A stretch of 63,744 nucleotides of DNA, filler included, from Candidatus Lindowbacteria bacterium RIFCSPLOWO2_12_FULL_62_27 (GTDB lineage: Bacteria > Lindowbacteria > 2-12-FULL-62-27), in NCBI GenBank assembly GCA_001784175.1. It is 3 parts of 3 records of this genome, joined end to end, with 100 filler letters (N's around TTAATTAATTAA, not from the genome) between each part and the next. Parts side by side here need not be neighbours in the genome. Positions count along the whole stretch, not along the records: positions 49,452 to 63,744 come from MFPR01000029.1; 2 more parts are not named here. The stretch is one strand, 5' to 3'. This document shows, one piece after another, positions 55,001 through 62,456 of the stretch. The notes beneath the pieces are model-generated. The model ran no database searches, was not told where the DNA came from, and saw only the letters and a list, made by a program, of their open reading frames with translations. Positions within the stretch are counted from its first letter, which is position 1; every line of letters starts with the position of its first letter. The position numbers and the translations under genes were made by a program.

Positions 55001-58000
55001 CGGCGTCGAAGGCCGGCCAGTATCGGGCGCGGGCGGTTGTGAAAATCAAATGGGCCGGCAGCGTCGAGGTCATGCCGATTTCCCGCGACTTCAATCTGTT
55101 GAACCTCTCTCCCGCCTCGCCGTCGGCGGGCCGGTGGATCATCGCAGATGTCCGATCCGACGACCGCATCGCCTATCCCGGCAGGCCGACGAGCGGCAAA
55201 ATTCTGGTGGACGCGTATCCCACCCAGCTGGAAAACGCCGTCATCGTCATGACCATCTCCGGCCAGTCCGGCCGGGTGATATTTGCGCTGAACAAATCCG
55301 TGACGATCCCCGCGAGCCAATCGCCCACGCCGTTCCAATATCAATTTGACCCGCCGGCGGATGCCGAGATTGGCGTCTACACCGCGACGGCGCTCTTGAA
55401 GGACGCGCAGGGCGCGGTGATCTGCCTCTACAACTCCGGCAATCCGGTGGATATTTTCGAAATCAAACAGACAAGCTCGACGGCGGCGAAACCGCAGGTG
55501 CAACTCAAGCCCCTCATCAGCGGGACGCCCAAACTCGGCGGGAAATTGACCGCCAGTAAGGGCACGTGGACGGGCGCCGCGCCCATCGAATACAAATACC
55601 AGTGGACGAAGAATGGCGTGGACGTAGCCGGCGTGACAGACGCGGACTACGTCGTCGTAGCCGAAGACGCCCTGCAGAAAATCCGATGCCGCGTGACCGC
55701 GTCCAACGCCGGCGGGACCGTCCACGCCGTGAGCGACGAGAGGACCGTGACGGTCGAAAAGCCGTCGAACCGGACGCCGCCGGCGGTTTCCGCCGAATCG
55801 CCCACCAGCATGAAACTGACGTGCAAGATGGGCGACTGGACCGGCGATCCGACCATCGCGTTCGCGTACCAGTGGACGCGCGACGGCGTGGACATTGCCG
55901 GCGCGACTGCCGCGTCCTACGCCGCGCCGGGGTCGATGTCGGCGCACCAGTACGGTTGCCGCGTCACCGCGTCCAACCTCGGCGGCGCCGTCGCGGCCAA
56001 CAGCAACGCCGTCAATTTCGACGCGGCGAAACTCAAAGTCGCGGCCATCTTTGCCTATCGGAACGTCTTCGTCACCAAATCCACCGATGAGGTCAACGGC
56101 GAGATTACCGTCCAAAACCGCGGAACCCGCGACGTCGATTGCGCGGCCGGCCTGACGGTCACGGATCCGAATGGCGCGCAGGTGGCCAAACTGACCGGCC
56201 TGACCGGCTCGATCCCCGCCATGGACGCGGCGGGCGTGACATTCAAATTCAACCTCAATGCGCCCATCGTGATCGACGACGGCCGATCCAAGGCCGCCGC
56301 CAACGTCTTCGTCGGCCCCGCATCCGCGCCGGAACTCGCCGCAACGTCCGGACAATACATACTGTACCGGATCATCAATCCGCCGCCGCATTTCGCCGCC
56401 GGATCGCTCTTGATCGGCGATGTCTCCACGACCCTCAAGGCGATTTATCCGGGGTCGAAAGTCACGGGCAATATTTTCGCCGACGCGTATACACGCAATG
56501 AGGTGCCCGTCATTTTTGATGTGTCGGTTTTCAGCCCGTCCGGGAAAACAGTCTACACGGGTCAACTGTCCGGGCGAATTCCGTTTTTCGCCGGCATGAC
56601 TCCGTTCCCATTCGAGTTTTACTTGAAAGACGACGCTGAAATCGGGCTGTATTCCGTCAAGGCAAGCGTGAAAGTCGACGGGCCCAACAATTACTTCTTG
56701 GCCAACAAATCCTTCGCCTACAATTACGCCGACAAAGCCGACCTCTTCACCGCCCTCGAGTTTGACGCGTCCGTCAAGAAACCCGCGAACACCGGCTCTC
56801 CCGCCATCACCGGCGCGGCGCGGGTCGGCAAGACCCTGACGTGCGCCGTCGGCCAGTGGTCGGGCGATCAGCCGATGTTGTTCCATTACCAGTGGCTTCG
56901 GGACGGCGTCGTCATTCCCAATGCTCGAACCGCCGACTACGCCGTCATCGCCGCCGACGTGAACCACGACCTCTCCTGCCGGGTCTCGGCCTTGAACGCC
57001 GGCGGGAAAGCCACGGTGACGAGCGGAACGGTCAAGGTCAACCCGTCGCGGCCCGTGAACGAGGCGATGCCGGAGTTGTCCGGCGCGACAGCGGCCCGGA
57101 TCGGGTCGACGCTGTCCTGCAGTCAGGGCGACTGGACCGGCGATCCGGCGATCACGGTCGCGTACCAGTGGACGCGCGACGGCAGGGATATTCCTGGCGC
57201 GGCCGCGGCGTCGTATATTCCCGGGTGGGACGACGCCGGCAAGTCCCTCACGTGCCGGGTCACCGCGGCCAACAATGTTGGACCGACTTCCGTGTCGCCG
57301 CCGGCGATCCCCTTGAAAGTCTATAAGCCCTCGACCGCCGCGCCGCCGCAAATCACCGGCAAGGCGGCGATCAACTCCAAATTGATGTGCTCATCCGGCA
57401 TGTGGTCCGGCGATCCGGCGATCACGATCACCTATCAGTGGCTGCGCGGCGGCGTGAACATCTCCGGCGCGGCGCAGGCGTCGTACGTCGTCACGGAGGA
57501 GGACGGCCTGGAGGCCCTCACGTGCCGGGTCACCGCGACCAACAAGGCCGGCTCGACTTCGGCGACGCCGGCGGCGCTCACCGTGAACGTCGAGAAACCG
57601 TCGAACACTTCGCCCCCTCAACTTGCCGGCACGCCGGCGATCGGATCGAAACTGACGTGCAGTCCGAGAACGTGGGCCGGAGATCCGACGATCAAGTTCA
57701 CCTATCGATGGCTCGTCGACGGCAAGGCCGTATCCGGCGTCGTGTCGCCTGAATTTACTCCGACCGCAACCCATCTCGGCGGCAGTGACAACTCTCTCGT
57801 CACATGCGAGGTGACCGCGCAAAACCTCGGCGGCAGCGCGGTGGTGGAGGCGGAGCCGGTCGAAATCCTGTCGGGGTCGGCGTCGGGCGCGGACGCCACG
57901 GCCGGCGACCTGAAGGTCTACACGGCCGGCAGTGTCGTTTCCGGAAAATTCAATGTCCTGAACTCCAAGTCCGTCCAGCGCAACTTCACGGCGGCCCTGA

Positions 58001-58158
58001 CCGCCTCCGACCCGTCGGGAAAAATAGTCTTCACCAAAAATGATTTCGCAGGCCCCGCCGCCGCGAACGCCTCCGTCGCCGTCCCCTACACATTCACCCT
58101 GCCGAAGACCGCCTCCGGCGGCGTGTACAAATTTAAGGTGTCGGTGACGTGGCAATGA
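52048..58158 (+). CDS. Large exported adhesin-like protein: FecR-like N-domain + 13 Cys/Trp Ig-like repeats + other Ig-like domains
   Basis: RBS AAGGGGGG and a signal peptide ending AHA. FecR-like GTLADVRGDVKI...GDAVITG.SGRAAIRF, then the repeat P.NT.PP.I.G...G..LTC..G.W.GDP.I.Y.YQW..DG..I.GAT...Y...D....CRVTA.N..G. Confidence 0.9.
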   Translation: MEMGEATNGGGLSSACGFRIPTHLSRSLCAPVSLFLIFTFAVACCLFPVASPSAHAAEILKGTLADVRGDVKIRRVGSTLESPAASGARVEPGDAVITGASGRAAIRFEQGDIEIDNATRLTILRSMSSRSEAFSEIALSDGSVTAVVNMEREKELWFDIFTPTQRSRGQSHKKNVTRLTVSHRAGGTTVTDSEVGRWEYQPLILTDQPAAVQAALTNNAQASALLKDYLTTALSDSSIRAYEVQSNAGAPDISNVGAPKNTAPPTISGKIKIGQTITYDPGAWSGKPSPTFTYQWLIDGKEITGATAPTYTILESDGNHKISCRVIATNSNGSTSATTAEVVVEVEKPSSTAAPSIRGRARIGKSVKCDAGAWAGDPTILYQYQWVLDGKNILEATDPFYIIDVEDGFHNLSCLVTASNGGGRTAASSKEVRVEIIKPSNTAPPAVVGSTKFGGKLGCIPGKWFGDPKLDWKVRWLRDGKEIAGASGMAYTVAESDGGRKLTCELIFSNKAGSASAAAPEVEIPIDPPLPIVPPQIDGAGRIGAKLTCKPGQWDGFPTIQYAYQWLRNGVEIPGATGEVYAVTEADGLHKISCRVTATNKAGPVSSATDEIDIEVIPPKNTKPPVIAGVSKIGENLTCAPGEWTGDPTITYAYQWFRGEQEIIGATDGAAPAVSATMDGGAGSGGGATGPAYKVVLADALHPLVCRVTAANKGGQASMSAMIQSDVHPPENKRPPAVTGAPKIGGNLTCAPGEWTGDPVIAYAYQWLRGDQEISGATMPAYTLVDEDAFQSLTCRVTARSPFGKMSLTAAPVLVDVAKLSNVHRPAVSGDASAGATLTCSTGKWSGDPIIRYAHQWLMEDQEIPGATAASLLLGPEHSIRKIVCRVTASNAAGPVAAVSDPVLVKPRYEVSGIATYKTLFVVGDESIVDGEISVNNPAKLALPFTVDLTVTDPAGNEIAKVSGIPGAASNRAALVVPYGFKLPAASKAGQYRARAVVKIKWAGSVEVMPISRDFNLLNLSPASPSAGRWIIADVRSDDRIAYPGRPTSGKILVDAYPTQLENAVIVMTISGQSGRVIFALNKSVTIPASQSPTPFQYQFDPPADAEIGVYTATALLKDAQGAVICLYNSGNPVDIFEIKQTSSTAAKPQVQLKPLISGTPKLGGKLTASKGTWTGAAPIEYKYQWTKNGVDVAGVTDADYVVVAEDALQKIRCRVTASNAGGTVHAVSDERTVTVEKPSNRTPPAVSAESPTSMKLTCKMGDWTGDPTIAFAYQWTRDGVDIAGATAASYAAPGSMSAHQYGCRVTASNLGGAVAANSNAVNFDAAKLKVAAIFAYRNVFVTKSTDEVNGEITVQNRGTRDVDCAAGLTVTDPNGAQVAKLTGLTGSIPAMDAAGVTFKFNLNAPIVIDDGRSKAAANVFVGPASAPELAATSGQYILYRIINPPPHFAAGSLLIGDVSTTLKAIYPGSKVTGNIFADAYTRNEVPVIFDVSVFSPSGKTVYTGQLSGRIPFFAGMTPFPFEFYLKDDAEIGLYSVKASVKVDGPNNYFLANKSFAYNYADKADLFTALEFDASVKKPANTGSPAITGAARVGKTLTCAVGQWSGDQPMLFHYQWLRDGVVIPNARTADYAVIAADVNHDLSCRVSALNAGGKATVTSGTVKVNPSRPVNEAMPELSGATAARIGSTLSCSQGDWTGDPAITVAYQWTRDGRDIPGAAAASYIPGWDDAGKSLTCRVTAANNVGPTSVSPPAIPLKVYKPSTAAPPQITGKAAINSKLMCSSGMWSGDPAITITYQWLRGGVNISGAAQASYVVTEEDGLEALTCRVTATNKAGSTSATPAALTVNVEKPSNTSPPQLAGTPAIGSKLTCSPRTWAGDPTIKFTYRWLVDGKAVSGVVSPEFTPTATHLGGSDNSLVTCEVTAQNLGGSAVVEAEPVEILSGSASGADATAGDLKVYTAGSVVSGKFNVLNSKSVQRNFTAALTASDPSGKIVFTKNDFAGPAAANASVAVPYTFTLPKTASGGVYKFKVSVTWQ

Positions 58159-61100
58159 CGATCGGCAAAAATATGTTCCGGATCCTTTTGTCATCGGTCA
58201 TTGTTCATTGTTCATTGGTCATTTCAAGTTCCGCCGCCGATCCGACCATCCGCAATCAGGCGGAATTCTCGGCGTTCAACCTCGTGCCGCCGAAACTCCA
58301 GATTCTCTCGGCGATTTCCGACAAGGCCGAATACGATCCCAACAAGAAGGTGACGCTCGAAATCAAAATCAAAAATCCGGAGGCCGCGGACTTTGACATC
58401 GCCGTCGATGTTACGGTCACTGATCCGGCGGGGAAAGACGCCTTCAAGAAAACAGGGACGGCCGTGACGATCAAGGCAAACGGCGAGGTAACGGTCACGC
58501 AGGACTTCACGCTCTCCAAAACCGCCGCGGCGGGCGGCTACGCGCTTAAGGCGGTCGTCACATTCAACAAAAACGCCGTCGCGACAAAAGATGCCGCCAA
58601 TGTCTTCAAAGTCAAACAGCCGGCCCCGCTCACCATCTCGCCCACATCCGTGATCGTCGGCCGCGGCAAACAGCAGACGTTCACCGCCGCCGGAGCTCAG
58701 GGAAAGGCCGTCTTCTCCATGGAAAAAATCATGCCGCCCAACGTCTATGATTTCACCGAATATGGCAGTTTTACCGGAAAAGTCTTCACCGCCGGCCAGT
58801 TCGGCGGCAAGAAGGTGAAGATTATCGTCAAAGACGAACTCGACCGGACGGCCGAGGCGATCGCCGAGGTGAGCAGTGAAGTGGAGATCACGGCGCCGGG
58901 CGGAACCGAAGTCGAGCCGGGCGGAAGACTACCGCTGGGATACGCCGGCGGATCGGACGGCGAACAGGTGACGTTCTGGATCAAATCCAATAAATCCGGC
59001 GGCAAAATCGATGCCCAGAAGTACTCCTGGTACTTTGTCCCCGGCTCGGTGACCGCCGGCGTCGTCGATCGAGTCTGCGTGAAGGTGAACGGGACCTCCA
59101 AAGAGTCCTGTCTCGACGTGAAGGTCACCCCCGCCTCCATCGAGCCCAAACTGCTGAACGTCGGTCCCGGACAGAATTTCTATTTCAAGGTCGTCGGCGG
59201 AGTCTCGGGCGTTACGCGGACATTCAAGATGAATAAGGGCGCGGATCAATGCGGAACCATCAACTCGTCCGGCAATTTCACGGCGGGCGCGCTCGAGATT
59301 TCCGCGGATCAGGCCAAATCCGGAGTGGTCGAGCTTAATAACAAGTACATCAATGCGGTCGTGGCGCAGAGGGGCAATGTGGACTTCTGGAAACGAATGG
59401 CGACAAATTCTATCCTCTACGCCGATGTCGCCATCAAGTCGAATCCGCTCCCGCTGACCATCAGTCCCACGTCGGCGGACGCCACGGAGTTTGAGGAGGT
59501 CACGTTCACGTTCTCCGGCGGGAAAGGGACGAAGCGGACATTCTCGGTCGTTGAAGGGCAATCGTATCCGGCGATCAAGGTGTACAAGTTCGGCGGGAAG
59601 TATATGGCCGGGCACGTGCTCAGTCCCAAACCCGATCGTGTCCGCGTCGAGGATGATCAGGGCGGCAAGGCCGACGCCGTCATTACCGTGAAGGCGCCGG
59701 AGGAGGAGGACGAGGGATTCGATTTTGTAGGCAAGGCATGGGACCTCGGCGGGATTGTAGGCGACATCCTGGGAGTGGGCGAGTTGGTTCAACTCGCCAA
59801 CTTTGGCTACGACCTCGCCATGGGCATACAGGAGGGCAATGAGCGAGAAAATTATGTCAAACAAAAATACAGCGAATTCGGCGGCTCCATCTCTCAGGGG
59901 CCCTACAAAAAGGGCGCCATCGTCACCGCCACCAACTTGAACGACCCTTCCCAGACCGTCACCAGCGAGGTCATCGATGATAACGGGCGGTATTACATCA
60001 AATGCCCGTGGGACGGCCCGACGAAGATCGAGGCATCGGGGCCGTTCATGGACGAATTCACGGGCCGCCAAACAAAGATGCAGGGCGAAATGTCCGCCGT
60101 CGCCAACGGCGTGGACTCGAAATTGGTCGCCTGCGACGTCAACATCCCCACGACCATCGCCGCCGAGATCGTCGACCGCAAACTGGAAAAAATGAAAGAC
60201 AGCCGCAAAATGTTCGCCGCCGGCCAGATCGACCTCACCAACGAAAAAGTCGGCCAAACGATCTGCGGCAAACCCGGCGTAGACATCAGCGAGGTTGAAT
60301 TCGGCAATCCGGCCGACCCGAATTCCTCCAAAGTCACAAAATTCCACGTCGCCGTCGCCGCCCTCGCCGGCCCAAACCAGGTCGTCGACGCCGCGAAACA
60401 ATTCGCCGGCGAAATCTCAACCAACAATCCCGTCGGTTCATCCGGCGGCGTGGTCAGCGCGGCCGACCTCAAGAAAACGCTGGACAAAATCGAATCGGGC
60501 GAGCCCTTCAACGCGAAAACCTCCGCCGGCGTCATCTCTGTCCGGCCGGAAGATGTCTTCCGGCGGCTTGCGCGCGAGACCGCGCCGGCGCCTGCGCCGC
60601 CGGAACCCGCCGTCGCCGGAGTCGACGAGGCCAAAAAAATTCTGACGGCTATGGCCGACGCGCTGAATCAAAAAAATGCGCCCGGCCTCCTCGCCCCGGT
60701 CGCTCCCGATGCCGTCGTGACGATTCAGGGCAGGCGGTCCGACGCGGCGGGACTGCGGCAACTGCTCGCGGCGGCGCTTCCGCTCCTGGACAATGTCCGG
60801 TGGACTCCGGAAATCCAGTCGGCGGCGGTCGACCCGAAGACCGGCAACATCCGCGTGCGCGTGACGTCGTCGTACTCGGCCGATCTCATGGAGCCTGTCG
60901 GCGTCACGCGCGCGGCGGTGGCGGCGCCTGCCGAGGTCAAGGCATATCAGATGCGGCTCTTGGAATCGTTGCGGGCCACATCCGACGAAATCTATGAATT
61001 CAAATCAACTGCGGGCGGCCTCCAACTGGTCGAGATGGTCTCCGGTCTGCCCTTCAGCGCCGACCTGGCCGGCAAAATCGCCCGCCTCATGGCTGCGTGG

Positions 61101-62456
61101 CGGGTGAAGGTCGCGGTGTTCGGGCTGTTCGATCATCTGGAACAGAACAATCTCGACAAATTCGCGGACCTCGTCGGCGCCGATTTCGTCAACAACGACG
61201 ATAACGGATTCAAACACAACCGAACCGATTTTCTGGAGTCGGTGAAGGCCGACCTCGATCACTTGACTTCGATCGATCACACCGTCCGCGTAGATGACAT
61301 TCAGTTCAACGCAGACCTGACCTCCGCGCGGGTCCCCGTCTCATGGGACCGCCGGGCGCGAATCGCGAACAAGAATACGGAGTGGACGATCAAGGACCAG
61401 AAGACGACACTGACGTTGCGCCGCGGCCCGGAATTCGGGCTTGTCCAAGTCGAAGGCAAGCCGCTCTTCGGCAATTCCAGCCGGATTACGCGCAAGACGC
61501 TGATCGGCGCGGGCGAACTCGACGGAACGGCGATCACGCTGGCCATCGCGATTAGCGACGCGCGCGAGACGGCCACTGCGACGTCGTCCGACTTTCCGGG
61601 AGTTTCCTTGAGCAACATTGTCGGGTCCGCCGTCGGAACGTCACAAACATTTACGTATACCGGCGCCGTGCAGACCTTCACGGCGCCCGCGAACCTTAGT
61701 TTCACCATCAAGGCGTGGGGCGCCGGCGGAGGCGGGGGCGGATGGGACGTCGGTACTGGAGGCGATGGCGGCGGTGGCGCCTATGCCACAACAACGCTCG
61801 TTTTGGCCAAGGGAAGTGTTATTCAGATATATGTGGGCGGCGGCGGCGACTCGGGAGCCACTTCTGTCGCCAATACGGGCGCCGGCTCGGGCGGATTTGG
61901 GTATGGTTCGGGCGGTCGGGGCGGAAAAGCCGGAGGGACGCCCAATTCGGGATCGGGCGGCGGCGGCGGCGGATCGACGGCGGTTACGAATCAGAGTGGA
62001 ACCACATTCCACCTGGTTGCGGCCGGCGGTGGCGGCGGCGGTGGCGCCGGATTTACCAACCCGAATCGTGATGGTGGAGCGGGCGGCGTAGGCGGGCAGA
62101 ATGGAACGACGGCCAGCGGCGCCGGGGGAGCAACGGGCGCCTCCGGATCAAAAGATGGAACTGATGGCGGCGACAGGGGAGCAGCCGCTGACGGCGGCGG
62201 TGGCGGCGGCGGTGGTGGCGGATATACCGCCGGCGGCACGGGAGGCAATGCAGGCTCCGGTGACAATGGCGGCGGAGGCGGCGCCGGGGGAAACAGCACC
62301 GGCACCGTCACGGCCGGCAGCGGCAAGACGCCCGGCAATTCGACAGACGCGGATCTGACCGCCGGCCTCGCGGCAGGCGGCAGCGGTTCCACCGGAAATA
62401 CAGTCGCAACCAGAGCAACCCCCGGCGGCGCCGGGATGGTGAAAATATCATGGTAG
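58155..62456 (+). CDS. Large exported protein: Ig-like domains, two NTF2-like domains, C-terminal glycine-rich domain
   Basis: ATGA overlap and signal peptide. It contains LTISPTS repeats and ends FTYTGAVQTFTAP...KAWGAGGGGG...LVAAGGGGGG...GMVKISW. Confidence 0.88.
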   Translation: MTIGKNMFRILLSSVIVHCSLVISSSAADPTIRNQAEFSAFNLVPPKLQILSAISDKAEYDPNKKVTLEIKIKNPEAADFDIAVDVTVTDPAGKDAFKKTGTAVTIKANGEVTVTQDFTLSKTAAAGGYALKAVVTFNKNAVATKDAANVFKVKQPAPLTISPTSVIVGRGKQQTFTAAGAQGKAVFSMEKIMPPNVYDFTEYGSFTGKVFTAGQFGGKKVKIIVKDELDRTAEAIAEVSSEVEITAPGGTEVEPGGRLPLGYAGGSDGEQVTFWIKSNKSGGKIDAQKYSWYFVPGSVTAGVVDRVCVKVNGTSKESCLDVKVTPASIEPKLLNVGPGQNFYFKVVGGVSGVTRTFKMNKGADQCGTINSSGNFTAGALEISADQAKSGVVELNNKYINAVVAQRGNVDFWKRMATNSILYADVAIKSNPLPLTISPTSADATEFEEVTFTFSGGKGTKRTFSVVEGQSYPAIKVYKFGGKYMAGHVLSPKPDRVRVEDDQGGKADAVITVKAPEEEDEGFDFVGKAWDLGGIVGDILGVGELVQLANFGYDLAMGIQEGNERENYVKQKYSEFGGSISQGPYKKGAIVTATNLNDPSQTVTSEVIDDNGRYYIKCPWDGPTKIEASGPFMDEFTGRQTKMQGEMSAVANGVDSKLVACDVNIPTTIAAEIVDRKLEKMKDSRKMFAAGQIDLTNEKVGQTICGKPGVDISEVEFGNPADPNSSKVTKFHVAVAALAGPNQVVDAAKQFAGEISTNNPVGSSGGVVSAADLKKTLDKIESGEPFNAKTSAGVISVRPEDVFRRLARETAPAPAPPEPAVAGVDEAKKILTAMADALNQKNAPGLLAPVAPDAVVTIQGRRSDAAGLRQLLAAALPLLDNVRWTPEIQSAAVDPKTGNIRVRVTSSYSADLMEPVGVTRAAVAAPAEVKAYQMRLLESLRATSDEIYEFKSTAGGLQLVEMVSGLPFSADLAGKIARLMAAWRVKVAVFGLFDHLEQNNLDKFADLVGADFVNNDDNGFKHNRTDFLESVKADLDHLTSIDHTVRVDDIQFNADLTSARVPVSWDRRARIANKNTEWTIKDQKTTLTLRRGPEFGLVQVEGKPLFGNSSRITRKTLIGAGELDGTAITLAIAISDARETATATSSDFPGVSLSNIVGSAVGTSQTFTYTGAVQTFTAPANLSFTIKAWGAGGGGGGWDVGTGGDGGGGAYATTTLVLAKGSVIQIYVGGGGDSGATSVANTGAGSGGFGYGSGGRGGKAGGTPNSGSGGGGGGSTAVTNQSGTTFHLVAAGGGGGGGAGFTNPNRDGGAGGVGGQNGTTASGAGGATGASGSKDGTDGGDRGAAADGGGGGGGGGGYTAGGTGGNAGSGDNGGGGGAGGNSTGTVTAGSGKTPGNSTDADLTAGLAAGGSGSTGNTVATRATPGGAGMVKISW

